Below, one piece after another: positions 11,962 through 25,035 of a stretch of 64,000 nucleotides of DNA. Every line of letters starts with the position of its first letter. Position 1 is the stretch's first letter. The notes under the pieces are model-generated. The model searched no databases and was not told where the DNA came from. It was given only the letters and a program-made list of their open reading frames with translations. The DNA lies in contig OX597817.1 of the NCBI GenBank assembly GCA_951406725.2, positions 41,974,001 through 42,038,000 on the forward strand, read 5' to 3'. The position numbers and the translations under genes are program-made. This stretch comes from Octopus vulgaris. Taxonomy: Eukaryota.

Positions 11962-12095
11962 TGAATAATATATAGTCTATTGACTAAGTTTTTCTATACG
12001 CAAGGCCACTGGTAGTAAATATTTCTAAAATCTTTATTACCCTAATATTATTAATCATATATATATATTATTAATTATATATATATATAATATTA

Positions 12096-12135
<40 letters not shown>

Positions 12136-12435
12136 TAATAATATATTAGGGCGTAAATCCAAACTTACAGGGAAAAATTAGATTTAGGATTAAATCTAAT
12201 TTTATAGTATAAATATATATTATATTAAATTAGAGATAAAACCACTATTAGGTCAATACATAGAAATAAAATTAATTAAAAAAATACAAAATATAAAATA
12301 TAAAAAAAAATATAAAATTCCAAATTAAAATATTTAAATTAAAGTTAAAATTTAAAAAATTATTTAAATAATTTAAACTTATAAATTTTAAATATATATA
12401 TATATATATATATATATTTATTATTATTTTATTTT

Positions 12436-12487
<52 letters not shown>

Positions 12488-12974
12488 ATACATGTAATAT
12501 GTTCACATGTATGAATATGATGGGCTTTGTGCTGTTTCCATTGACTGAATTCACCAACAAGACATTGATTGACCTAGGGCTATATTAGAAGGCACTTGCT
12601 CAAGGTGCTGCACAGTAGGCTTGAACTCAAAATGACATAATTGCAAAGCGGACTTCTTAACTACACAGCCATGCCTATACCTATGTGCATATATGTGTGT
12701 GTATACTCCCACATACTTGTGATTGTCTGTGTGGTTGTACAATTGTAGGTGCAGGTGACCTTCAAAGAAATTATCTGTTTAAATGTAGCCTATACTACCG
12801 TCCAATTATCAGCCATTCTTTCTTTAGAATTTTCTTTAGCCATTTGATTTCCTTGGTTCAGTTTTACACTTTACTCCTTGCTCTCTGCACCCTCCTGTTT
12901 CCCTCCTCCCCCCACATCACTAGAAGTGTTGGTTCTTCCTCTACCTCCCCTCTCCTATTACTCTCTTTTTTTTT

Positions 12975-13176
12975 ACTCTTTTACTTGTTTCTGTCATTTG
13001 ACTGTGGCCATGCTGGAGCACCGCCTTTAGTTGAGCAAATCGACCCCAGTACTTATTCTTTGTAAGCCTAGTACTTGTTCTATCGGTCTCTTTTGCCGTA
13101 CTGCTGAGTTACAGGGGCATAAACACACCAGCATCGGTTGTCAAGCGATGTTGGGAGGACAAACACAAACACATAA

Positions 13177-13229
<53 letters not shown>

Positions 13230-13720
13230 GATAAGAAAGTTGGTTTGTGAAAGCACGTGGTTGAATATATAGAAAATAGTAAAAAGTGAAAAAACTACAG
13301 AAGGCTTAAAGGTTAAAAGATATATATTTGAGTCAATATGTCTGAAGAATATTAAAAATTTTTTTCTTACAATGACATAGTTTAGAAGAAAGACCGGTTT
13401 CACGTTTAGCTTTTCAAATTTCTTACGACGTTATGTTTATGTTGAACAGAGTTATCGTTATGTTTATGTTTAAAAGAGTTCTAAATAAGGGGAGGTAATG
13501 AGTGATTTCTTCCGGTGTAAGGGAGATAATCGCTTAAAATTTTTTTTCCTTTCCCTTTCTCTGTATCAGTATGTTGGCATGGTTAAGTCTGGGCTTGTAC
13601 TTTTCAATGAAGAATGTTTCCTTGTTTAGTCTAATTTTTGTTGATGATCCGATAGCACATTGGTAAAATGGAAAAATTAAAAATTGTGGTAGTAGTTGCT
13701 TTGCGCATTTCTCAATGTGC

Positions 13721-13758
<38 letters not shown>

Positions 13759-13913
13759 TACATATATATGACGGGCTTCTTTCAGTTTCCGTCTACCAAA
13801 TCCACCCCCGGCCCAAGGCTTATAGTAGAAGACACTTGCCCAAGGTACCATGCAGTGGGACTGAACCCAGAACCATGTGGTTGGTAAGCAAGCTACTTAC
13901 CACATAGCCACTC
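12975..13913 (-). mobile_element. SINE family A split by a Penelope-like insertion in its internal (TA)n
   Basis: The 3' half is at 12975-13200 and the 5' half at 13768-13913. Confidence 0.8.
13230..13725 (-). mobile_element. Penelope-like element 3' fragment (GIY-YIG C-terminus plus pLTR)
   Basis: SEHIEKCAKQLLPQFLIFPFYQ...RLNKETFFIEKYKPRLN is homologous to the YIG-bearing fragment at 42060-42310. A degenerate hammerhead lies at 13386-13424. Confidence 0.75.
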
Positions 13914-14608
13914 ACATGCCTCCACCTTGCACTCCACTCACACTATATCTTTCTAGCCTTCCCCTCTCGCACTCATCACCTCAATCTTCTCTATTAACTA
14001 AAGGAAGGCTGTGAATGTTTCTTTTTACTTAAATATTTTTAGATAGGCTTCTGGATTTTCATGTTCTTTGTCTCCTACTATTGTAACTTTCTGTTTTTCC
14101 CTTCTTCCTTCTCGATTTGAACATCAACCCCATCTCCTTCTATTCAGAATGAGCCATTGGATATTTCCACTTTTCCTCTCTAGTTCCAGCTTCCTTCAGC
14201 CTCATCCACCTTTCTACTCCAGAGTTCCAACCCCCCTTGCATTCCACTGCTGTCATAGATTTGCCCCCTTTATTCCTTACATCACTATTTCACTTCAAAT
14301 CTTTCACCATTTATTAGCTTACAGGCCAAAGAGACAGCCCCCTCTTTCTGCCTGTCTGTCTGTCTGTCTGTATGTGTGCATGTGTGTGTGTGTCTGTCTG
14401 TCTCCCACTCTCCTTCTCTCTGTCTCTGTCTGTCTCTCTCTCTCTCTGTCTCAGATAGTGGACAAAAGTCCAAAATGTTAGATTCTTCACACCTCTTCAC
14501 ACCTCTTCACAACTGAACTGATCACAAACTCTTTTGAGAACACTCCATTTTTAGAAATTGATTCTTAATTTCATAAAATTCATACCTATGATGTTTGAAT
14601 TTCTTTAA

Positions 14609-14830
14609 CCTTTTCGATACCAACCCAGCTAAAACCGCCTCTGGCTCTGTAGTACAAATGTCTTGTTTTCACAAGTTCTGAATTAACATCTTCCATCAAA
14701 CCTTAGTCACAATTTATGTTCCTAACACTAATTCAATGACAACTAAGTTGTTTTACTAAATTCTTTGTTATATTTAAAATTAATTGAAAAAAATACAGAT
14801 CATCTCAACAGAAATATGATAACAAAAGGG
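14609..14830. mobile_element. piggyBac-type MITE, copy 1
   Basis: TTAA-CCTTTTCGATACC ... GATAACAAAAGGG-TTAG; ~220 bp. Confidence 0.75.
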
Positions 14831-14850
14831 TTAGCAAATGATTAATTTAA

Positions 14851-15072
14851 GCTTTTTGATACCAACTCGGCTGAAACCGCTTCTGGCTCTGTAGTACAAA
14901 TGTCTTGTTTTCATAAGTTTTGAATTAAAATCTTCCACCTAACCTTAGCCACAATTTATGTTCCTAACACTAGCTTAATGATAACTAATTTGTTTTACTA
15001 AATTCTTTGTTATATTTAAAATTAATCTAAAGAAACACAGAGCATCTCAAAATAAATATGGCAACGAAAGGG
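14851..15072. mobile_element. piggyBac-type MITE, copy 2 (tandem)
   Basis: TTAA-GCTTTTTGATACC ... GGCAACGAAAGGG-TTAA; collinear with copy 1. Confidence 0.75.
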
Positions 15073-16829
15073 TTAAACATTTCATAGTTGTACTTGTCTG
15101 AGAAGTGATTTGATCTAAGATGATGCAATGAAACTGAAGCAACAACATCACTCTGGCTATTTAACCATTTGCTTGTCTTGAGAATCAAATGTGATACACA
15201 GAGCATATTTCCCTGGTGTCCATGCATCAAATGTGACACACATTCCCCAATTTTTTTTTTTCGACCACTAGAGTAGCTTAGCTCAGAATGTATGGAACAA
15301 AAACTAAATTCTTGAAAGCAAGCATAGATGTTTCAGACAAACCTACGAAAATGCTTTAGGCAAGCAAAGAGTTAATATTACACACACGAAAACTTGTCAT
15401 TAATTTCGTGAGATACCAAAATCTTCATCATGTAATAGTGACCAGGTCAGTGACATAGTTCCAACTAATTGTTATAGACGAAGTGTATCAATGAAAATGT
15501 TGACACTTCACAAAATAAATGGTAAATAAGTAGACGTTTTTGTGTGACTTTTTTAGAGTTAAAATAGTTCTTGTGTGATGTGCCTATAGTAGGAAGTATT
15601 ATCTAAATTCAGCTGCTAAGTAAATATGAGGGTGTGAGTTCACATCACTGGCTTGTCACACATGGAATAATTTCTTTTTTTTTTGGAGAATTTCACCACG
15701 AATGTATCATTGCAAAAGTGTAAAGTGTGTCTTCTTAATTCCCCTTAATTAAAAGGGAATGGGTACATGCATTGTAAGTGGCTTAGGAAAAGTGAAAAGG
15801 ATATCCTGACTAAACTACTTTCTGGTCAGGAAAGAAAGCAATACCTATGACCCTTTACAGTGCCACCAAGTCTGTTTTGGGAGATACTTTCAAACCAGGG
15901 ACCCAACCTAAATGCATACTATAGAGTCGATTCCACAGAAGGTACTTAAGGGACCAAATGGTCATGTTAAACCAGGTGAGAGAGTGTGTCTATCACCCAA
16001 GTAGGCAATCTTTTATTGTTCATTTCTTACTTGTTTCAGTCATTAGACTGTGGCCATGCTGGGGCACTGCTTTGAAAACTTTTTAGTTGAACCAATCGTT
16101 TCCAGTACCTATTTTTTGAAGCCTATTTATGCAATCAGTCTCTTTTGCCAAAGCATTAAGTGACAGGGATGTAAACACACCGACACTAGTTGCCAAGAGG
16201 TAATGGGAGACAAACACAGGCACACACGCACACACACACAATTTAATTAGTGGTTGTGTTAACCTCATGAAGGGATGGTTTCATCCAAAGAAATATTGGT
16301 TCAATACCTAGTATTTTGGGGGAATGAGTTTCCCTAAAATAATAGGTATTAGGTCATCAAGTATGAAATTTGTAGAAAAGAAAAAAAAGTTTGTTAACAC
16401 ACACAAACACACGCATGCACACACATGCACATACACACATGCGCACATACACACATCATACACACATTCACAAGCATATCCTGTGTGGTAACAGATTTAT
16501 TTTCTATCTGTAATAATATGTTTTTATTGGCGTAAATAAAGAAGTGTATGTTGGACAATGTAGTCCCTAGATGGAATGGTCATGGCTTGCTTTGATGCCT
16601 TCAATCACAGGTTTTCTAGACCAGGGTTGACCTGGGGCTAAATAAAAGCCAACAACGACAACAGCAACAACCTCATATGTGAGGCAAAGGAGAAAATCTT
16701 GGTATCAAGGTAGATTGGATTTCAATGAAAAAAAGATTCTGTGGGTCATGACCTTTCCACAATTGATTATTGGTTATGAGAGAAGAAAGCATACCACCAA
16801 ACCATTGATCACCCACCTCTGCCTTCGCT

Positions 16830-16919
16830 CTTACTACCACCACCACCACCACCACCACCACCACCACTGCCACCGCTGCTACTGCTGCTACTACTGCTAC
16901 TACTACTACTACAACAACA

Positions 16920-16960
<41 letters not shown>

Positions 16961-17138
16961 AACAACAACAACAACAACAACAACTACTACTACTACTACT
17001 ACCATCAACGCCATCACCACTACCACCGCCACTTCTACCACAACCACCGCCAACACAACCATACCACCTCCACCACCACAACCACTAACTACATCACCAC
17101 AACCACTACCACCACCACTGCTGTTGCTGCTGCTATTG

Positions 17139-17175
<37 letters not shown>

Positions 17176-17274
17176 TACTACTACTACTACTACAATAGTT
17201 ATGACAGAGGAAAGCTTGCCACTACCAACACCACCATTGCTACTGCTGCTGCTGCTGCTACTACTACAACTACA

Positions 17275-17320
<46 letters not shown>
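16830..17320. repeat. Compound (CAC)/(TAC)/(AAC)/(TGC) trinucleotide tract
   Basis: Directly visible. Confidence 0.95.
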
Positions 17321-18029
17321 GGGAAATCTTTGAAGGTATGCCGAGTATGAGACATGAAAGTAATTTGGTAAGCAACAGGGAAAGAAGGCTTAGATACTGA
17401 TTAAAAAGGCACCACAAAGAGCATCCCTCCATTCCCCGCCCACCACCACCATTTCATATTAGAATATTCCATGATTGAAAGGAAGTAATATATTTAAGGA
17501 ACGACTTAAGAGAGTATATATCTGTATTCTGATTTGAAACCATAATGCCAATAAGAAGTCCTTCTCTGAACCAAGTTACATGTAATTATGCATTTATGGC
17601 TATTATTGAAATCAGTGCAAGAATTAGAGGAAAGGTGTTATATACATTTGCATAAACGGCACCAAATGAAAGAGAAGGCAAGGGACATAGCTTAGATAAA
17701 TGTATTCCTGGTTAGGACTTCAAAGTGGAACTGAAATAATGGTGAGTCTGCATTGTATAAATAATTGCAGTTAGAGTGCAGCAGTGCAATACTTTCTATA
17801 AATTGCAGTCAGTAAGATCAGAAGAGATTTATTTAGTATTTCAAGTTAGTCTGCGAATCAATACTTTAGGAGCACCGGAAATGCTCCAAAGTTTAAGTTT
17901 CTTATCCTTGTTCTGACAACTGCTCAGTTCTCTGCACCAGTGATTCTAAAACTGTCAAATATCAGGCTTTCTTAAAGAAATGCTGTGTCGAGTCAAAAGT
18001 TTTGCAATATTTTGGTAACTTATTTGCAT

Positions 18030-18269
18030 TTACTCTTAACTCTTTTACTCTTTTACTTACTTCAGTCATTTGACTGTGGCCATGCTGGAGCATCACCTTT
18101 AGTTGAGCAAATCGACCCCAGGACTTATTCTTTGTAAACCTAGTACTTATTCTATTGGTCTCTTTTGCCAAACCGCTAAGTTACGGGGACGTAAACACAC
18201 CAGCATCGGCTGTCAAGTGATATTGGTGGGGAGGGGCAAACACAGACACACAACCATATACATATATAT

Positions 18270-18316
<47 letters not shown>

Positions 18317-18600
18317 GAAAATAGTAAAAAGTGAAAAAACTACAGAAGGCTTGTTTTAAAAGGTTAAAAAATATATATTTGAGTCAATATGTCTGAAGAA
18401 TATTATAAATTTTTTTCTTACAATATATATACATACACATATAAGACGGGCTTCTTTCAGTGTCCGTCTGCCAAGTCCACTCACAAAGCTTTGGTTAGCC
18501 CGTGGCTATAGTAGAAGACACTTGCCTAAGGTGCCACACAGTGGCACTGAACCCGGAACCATGTAGTTCGTAAGCAAGCTACTTACCACACAGCTACTCC
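18030..18600 (-). mobile_element. SINE family A with PLE pLTR fragment (18312-18425) in its (TA)n
   Basis: Family A sequence; the insert matches 13266-13372. Confidence 0.8.
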
Positions 18601-19065
18601 TATATGTAATTGTTTGTCAAGTTACAACAAAATCAGCCTGGCCTTCAAAGTAGAGGCCATCATCTGAAGCCATATTTCTGTCCATTTTTTGATCCCATGC
18701 TGATACGAGTTTTGTCCTTCAAGTTGAAGAAGACTCCTTTACTGAAGCTTCCACTTCTTCTTGGTTGATAAAGAGTCATGGATGCTGAAAGTGAGCCATG
18801 TGTCAGAAGTAATAATCCAAGGGAGATATTTTTTTTTGCAATCCTGAAGTGCATAAGCAGCGGTTAAACAAGAGCCAACTTCCAGAAATTCTCACCATAC
18901 ATGGGTGTTTTGAACAGAAGGTGACACTCTGCATCTGGTGGAATTATGAAGGGGTTTATTCATGACAAGTTTGTTCTGAATGGTTGATCTAACAATGTGA
19001 AGTTGTACTCCAAACAGCTGGAGCAGATGTATGCCATTGTGTGGCAAAAATACCTGGCATTGGTT

Positions 19066-19450
19066 GGATCTTTACCTTTTGACCGGCAGATTTAGAAAAT
19101 AATTTTTTGTAACTAAGCACTTCCAAACTTCATATACTGGTAGAATGTGTCATATAAAACATCTTTTACTCTTAACGTTTTTTGAGAAAAGTTTATATTT
19201 ACGTAGTTATTTCGTGTTAAAGTTGTTGTATTTCGGTAATTTCAACTAATCAATGATGTGTATTCAGCTGAATAAAATTACTCCCATCGTTTGTCAACAA
19301 CAACTTCCATTGAAATAACTTCATAAATATAAACTTTTCTCAAAAACGCTAAAAGATGTTTTATATGACACATTCGACCAGTATACAGTTTGAAAATGTT
19401 TAGTTACAAAAAATTATTTTCTAAATCTGCCGGTCAAAAGGTAAAAATCC
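19066..19450. mobile_element. MITE with ~140-bp terminal inverted repeats
   Basis: GGATCTTTACCTTTTGACCGGCAGATTTAGAAAATAA... is mirrored by ...TTATTTTCTAAATCTGCCGGTCAAAAGGTAAAAATCC; it interrupts the mariner coding remnant. Confidence 0.85.
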
Positions 19451-19732
19451 CATTTCTTTACAGAAAGTGAGTTCTTCTGCAGCAAGACAATACAAGGCCT
19501 CATACAAATCAAACAACCCAAAATAAATATCAGGAACATGAGGGAATCAAACTGATTCTAGACTTAGCTCCCTTGGATTATTACTTGTTCCAGTCTTAGG
19601 CTCATTTCTTGTGTTCATGACACTTCATCAACCAAGGGCAGGTGGAAGCTGTAGAGAAGGTATTCTTCATTTTGAACAAGAACTGGTATCAGCATGGGAT
19701 CAAATCATTAGCAGAAATGTGGTTTCAGATAG

Positions 19733-20338
19733 GTTTAAAGGTGGCGAGCTGGCAGAGATTTTAGCATGCCGGGTGAAATGCTTAGTGGTATTTCGTCTGC
19801 AGCTATGTTCTGAGTTCAAATTCTGCCAAGGTTGACTTAGCCTTTCATCCTTTCGGGGTTGATTAAATAAGTACCAGTTATGCACTGGGGTCGATATAAT
19901 TGACTTAATCCATTTGTCTGTCCTTGTTTGTCCCCTCTGTATGTAGCCCCTTATGGGTAGTAAAGAAATAGGTATTTCATCTACCACTACGTTCTGAGTT
20001 CAAATTCCGCCGAGATCGACTTTATCTTTCATCCTTTCAGGGTCAATTAAATAAGTAACAGTTACACACTGCGGTTGATATAATCGACTTCATCCGTTTG
20101 TCTGTCCTTGTTTGTCCTCTCTGTGTTTAGCCCCTTATGGGTAGTAAAGAAATAGGTATTTCATCTACCGCTATGTTCTCAGTTCAAATTCCACCGAGGT
20201 CGATTTTATCTTTCATCCTTTCGGGGTCGACTAAATAAGTACCAATTATGCACTGGAGTCGATGCAATCGACTTAATCCGTTTGTCTGTCCTTGTTTGTC
20301 CCCTCTGTGTGTAGCCCCTTGTGGGCAGTAAAGAAATA
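19733..20338 (+). mobile_element. SINE family C (Meta-domain-like core), three-unit multimer with 20-bp TSD
   Basis: Core GCCTTTCATCCTTTCGGGGTCGA-TAAAT-AGTACCAG with a 184-bp period. AGAAATGTGGTTTCAGATAG is duplicated at 19713 and 20339. Confidence 0.85.
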
Positions 20339-20730
20339 AGAAATGTGGTTTCAGATAGTGCAACATGATGGTCTCTACTTTGAAAACCATTTTTTGTAAC
20401 TTAATGAATGAAGCAAATAAATTACCAAAACGTTGCACAACTTTTGACTCAACACAATACTACTGAAGTATTTTTACTCTGCTATCCACCACGTTTTTAT
20501 TAATGAGAAGACAATATAGAATTTGCATCCGAATAGTTTTTCTGTCTATTTTTGTTACCATCTTTCTGTTCAAATACATCACCCTTGTTTCAATTATTTT
20601 TGAAAATAAGGAAGAATTTAGCAAAATGTCTCTGCCAATATTAAGCTGATGTAAGGCAACAAGCTTGCAGAATCATTAACACACTAGACCAAAATACCTA
20701 GTGGTATTACATCTGCTCTTTTTTTTTTTT

Positions 20731-21495
20731 TACTTGCTTCAGTCATTTGACTGTGACCATGCTGGAGCACTGCCTTTAGTCGAGCAAATTGACCCCAGGA
20801 CTTGTTCTTTGTAAGCCTAGTACTTATTCTATCGGTCTTTTTTGCTGAACTGCTAAGTTACGGGGACATAAACACACCAGCATCGGTTGTCAAGCAATTT
20901 TGGGGGGAAAAACACAGACACACAAACATATAGACACACACAAATGTATATATACACTAGCAGTATCGCCCGTTGCTCGGGTTTGTAAGGGAAATAACTA
21001 TAAAGCATTTTTAGAGAGTTATAGCCAAAAAATAGCAAAAAAATGGGAAAAAAATGATGGTAAATTTATTTTTTGAGAGTTAAAAAGGTCGAGTTGCGTC
21101 CCCTAGAAAGTCTGTGGTTTGTGTTTCTGATTCTCGACCCCATATCGAATTTATCGATTTTTTTCAGAACTGGGGGAACTTTTCAAAATTTTCGCTGTGT
21201 TAGTTTTGAATTATGACATTGGGCTATGTGTGTGTCAAGTTTCATCAGAATCGGTTGAAAGCAGTGGTCAGGGTGAGGGTGCAACCTAACAGACACACAG
21301 ACACGCAGACAGACAAACTGCCGTTTATATATAGAGATATATATATATATGCGATGGGCTTCTTTCAGTTTCCGCCTACCAAATCCACTCACAAGGCCAT
21401 AGTAGAAAACACTTGCCCAAGGTGCCACGCAATGGGACTGAACCCAGAACCATGTGGTTGGTAAGCAAGCTACTTACCACACAGCCACTCCTACA
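20731..21495 (-). mobile_element. SINE family A split by a Helitron in its (TA)n
   Basis: The halves lie at 20731-20945 and 21350-21495. Confidence 0.8.
20957..21337 (-). mobile_element. Non-autonomous Helitron
   Basis: On -: 5' TC(TCTATATATAAA), a subterminal CCCG..CGGG hairpin and a 3' CTAG; inserted between A and T. Confidence 0.8.
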
Positions 21496-24410
21496 CCTAT
21501 GTTCTAGTTCTGAGTTCAGATTCTGCTGAGGTCAACTTTGCCTTTCATCTTTATAGGGTTCATAAAATAAGTGCAAGTCAAGCCCTAGGGGTTGATATAA
21601 TCGATTAGCACCCCCCCACCAAAACTCCAGGCCTTGTGCATATTGTAGAAAGGATTATTAAGCTGATGTTTCAAAGACAAAGTGTTTCAAGGTTTGGCAC
21701 AAGGCCAGCAATTTCAGGAGTAAGGAGTTAATCAATTGCATTAACCTTCCCCCATCCTGGTACTTGACTGTACTTTATTTTATTGACCCCAGAGGGATGA
21801 CCTCATACAAATCAAATGACCCAGAATAAATATCAGGAACTTGAGGGAATCAAACTGATTCAGTGTATAGTCTGGACTTAGCTCCCTTGGATTATTACTT
21901 GTTCCAGTCTTCTTGTGTTCATGACACTTCATCAACCAAAATTCCTCCGACCTCAGAAGAATTTTAATTCATATATACATGTGTATGTGTGTATGTGAGC
22001 AAGTTTGTCTGTGTGTATGTATCTGCTTACATTTGCATTTCTCCAAAGGTCACTGAGCTATAAGCTGTGATGTTGTCCTTTACCCTGGTTTTGTACCTTC
22101 AAAGTCATGTGAATTAAGGGAGTTCTGGCATGAAAAACAGACGAAGGTTAACAACAGGAAGGAGATCCAGCTTTAAAATGCCTTAATAATATATTGGTCT
22201 AACCATTATGTCAGTGAGCTGGCAGAATCCTTAGCACATCAGGCAAAATGCTTAGCAGAATTCCATCCGTCTTTATGTTCTGAGTTCAAATCCTGCTGAT
22301 GTCAATTTTGCCTTTCACTTACATTCTTGTGGGGTCGATTAAATGAGTACCAGTTGAGCACTGGGGTTGATGTAATTGACTTAGCCCCTTCCTCAAACTT
22401 TCCGGCCTTGTATTAAAATTTGAAATCAATATACCAATCAAACCTATGCGAGCATGGAAAAACAGATGTAAAAACAAATTAATGAGTGATTCTTTGGTTT
22501 CAAATCCATGCATTTAGGTTTATCTGCAAATGCTGCATCACTAGACAAAAGATTGATTATGGCTTACATATTCATAAATATTTCTGGAAGAAATGCCATT
22601 CCAAATTTAAATATTTTACTGAAAATACATTTATACAGCCTTCATGTATTGTAGCAATTGTAAAAGAAATATTTTAAGATTTATAAGACAAATGGTAGAG
22701 AAAATATCTAAAATGTATCAGCTTTCTGTGATGGATTGATCCAGTGTGGCTAAGAATGAAATTCTGACATCGTTAGTTTATCATGAGTGAACTGGCTCCA
22801 TCCAATCTGTGTTTCGACTTCATTGCAATTATACTTATAGAGCATGGTTGAAGGAAGAGACATAAAAACTAAATTAAGGGAGTCTTTCTTATGGAATATC
22901 AACAGATTTTAGCAGAAAGTTATTGAATTCTTCATCTTGTGGATCTCAGAATGTTATTTGCTTGAGTTTAATTTTGTTTAAAATATCTGGGACTGATAAC
23001 TTGATTTTAATTGATGGATGTGTTTGTGTATATATATTGTAAAACTTTGGAGAGAAAAAAAAAACTGTTAGACACATATATCTAATATGAGAAATACTTC
23101 CTTTAGCGAAAACATTTTTGAATAAAAATATTGAATAATATTTTTCTAATTTACTTGCAACACTGTTTACTATGACCTAAAATGCATAAAAATGCATTTA
23201 AAATCAAATATAAATAAAAGAAATGAAACTTTATTGGAGAACCAAAAACAAATGAAAATTATTTACATCAAATAGGTCAACATTTTGGAAGAAAGAGTTT
23301 TTTGTTCTGATAAACTTGGCTCCAAAATAATGTTATCTTTTTGCTATTCAATGTTCTTTGAAATATTTCTTTGGCAACTTCAAATGTGATATTAGATGCT
23401 TGGTTTGTTCCATGCATGATATACTGAATGTAAGATATCGAATGCTCTAAAGAGAAAAATAGATAAAAAAAAATATTCACTTCATAATTTAATCCGTGAA
23501 AGGCCAAATGAAAAGGAAAGCTGAATCTCTTCCAATGTCTAAGGCATATTTCTACGAAAACAAAACAGCAAATTTTTTGGCTACATCTTCTTAGAAAATA
23601 TCAGGCGTAAACAACATTAGAATATCAAAAATTCTTCCGTTAGAAATAAATTCCTAAATCAAGAGAAAACTTTCATAAAACATAAAAATTTTCTGAATAA
23701 ACAATCTTCTAAATAAACCATTAAAACATACAAACAATTCTCCAAACAGTTTTCTGATTGTAACAGTGAGAAAATTATCTGGTGTTTGATAGGAAAAAAA
23801 AATATATATATACACACATATATATATAAATATATATATTTATATTCATCTGCATATATATTTGTGCAACTTCGATTTGTCTTCTTTTTTTTTATAATCA
23901 TTTTTCTATTTATATTTCTGTTTTAAATATTCCACATATATTTATGAACTTTCATTATTCCATGGCATTTTCTTTTCCTCCAATATTTTTGCACACGGTT
24001 ATTTCAGAAAACTTCCAAATTAGTTGTGTAATATTTTTCAAGATAAATTTATGTTTCCATTGCTAGCTCAAAAACAATCTGCTGCATTTATGTAAGACGA
24101 TGTGATACTTAGTAACACAGAATCAATGCAATTAATATAGAAAAGCTTGTGACAATTTTTAGTTTGAAATCTTCATTTGTTTGTCTTTTGTTTCTCTTCT
24201 CATCTGCAGCTTCCCTTGCACGTTTTTATTAATGAGTGCTTTTTCGGTGCAAGTCAAACATATCTCACATTTTGCTTCGTGTGATATGCTACATATGATG
24301 GTGCGTATGTTTTTTTAAATGATATCCTTTATCAATATTGTCTTACATTTGCTTCGCTTGTCTTATGCTGGTATATTCTGAATGGTTCTTCAAAATTACA
24401 TCAGCTGTAT

Positions 24411-24442
<32 letters not shown>

Positions 24443-25035
24443 CCTCCACCACTGTCACCATCACCATTGTCATCATCATTGCCATCAACACCACCACCAC
24501 AACCACTGTAAGTGGAACAGTAAAAATATGCAAGACTTTTCTCAAGTTCCAAATGTGATTTTGGCTATATTAACTATATCCAAAAGATGGAGCCTTGTAT
24601 CTTTGTTGGAAACCAGCTCCTTCCTCAGTGGAAGATTTATAATAATTATAAAATAGAATAGACATACATACATACATGCATGCATGAATACATACATACA
24701 TACATACATACATACATACATACATACATACATACATACATACATACATTCATACTTATATACATACATACATACATACAAACATGCATAGAATCATGCA
24801 CACATAATGTATGGACCACTGATAAGGCGTTTGCAAACAGGTTGTCTTCCCAGAAGCAGAGCATAACCAACCCCTATACACCTGCTTTTCAAAATGCATA
24901 TAAAATCTCCTATTTTATTGTGCAGGCTACAGCATAATGATACCAACTGGCAATAGTAGTTTTTTGGGGTGGTACTGAGTCATGCTGATATATATAACGG
25001 ATATACATGTATTCATACATGCACACACACACATA

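Larger units (their letters stand above)
17981..20459 (+). mobile_element. Rearranged mariner relic with nested SINE, PLE fragment, MITE and SINE multimer
   Basis: TIRs TGTGTCGAGTCAAAAGTTTTGCAATATTTTGGTAA and TTACCAAAACGTTGCACAACTTTTGACTCAACACA. Coding remnants KVTLCIWWNYEG, LLQQDNTRPH and DLAPLDYYLFQS. Confidence 0.85.

Noticed and set aside
16673-17432. 223-aa ORF and its antisense partners
   Set aside because: Pure trinucleotide repeats with no domain signal.
23277-23660. Minus-strand protein-like reading with in-frame TAA/TAG (alternative genetic code or readthrough?)
   Set aside because: No recognisable domain; this stop density is expected in AT-rich DNA, and the transposon ORFs here end in standard stops.
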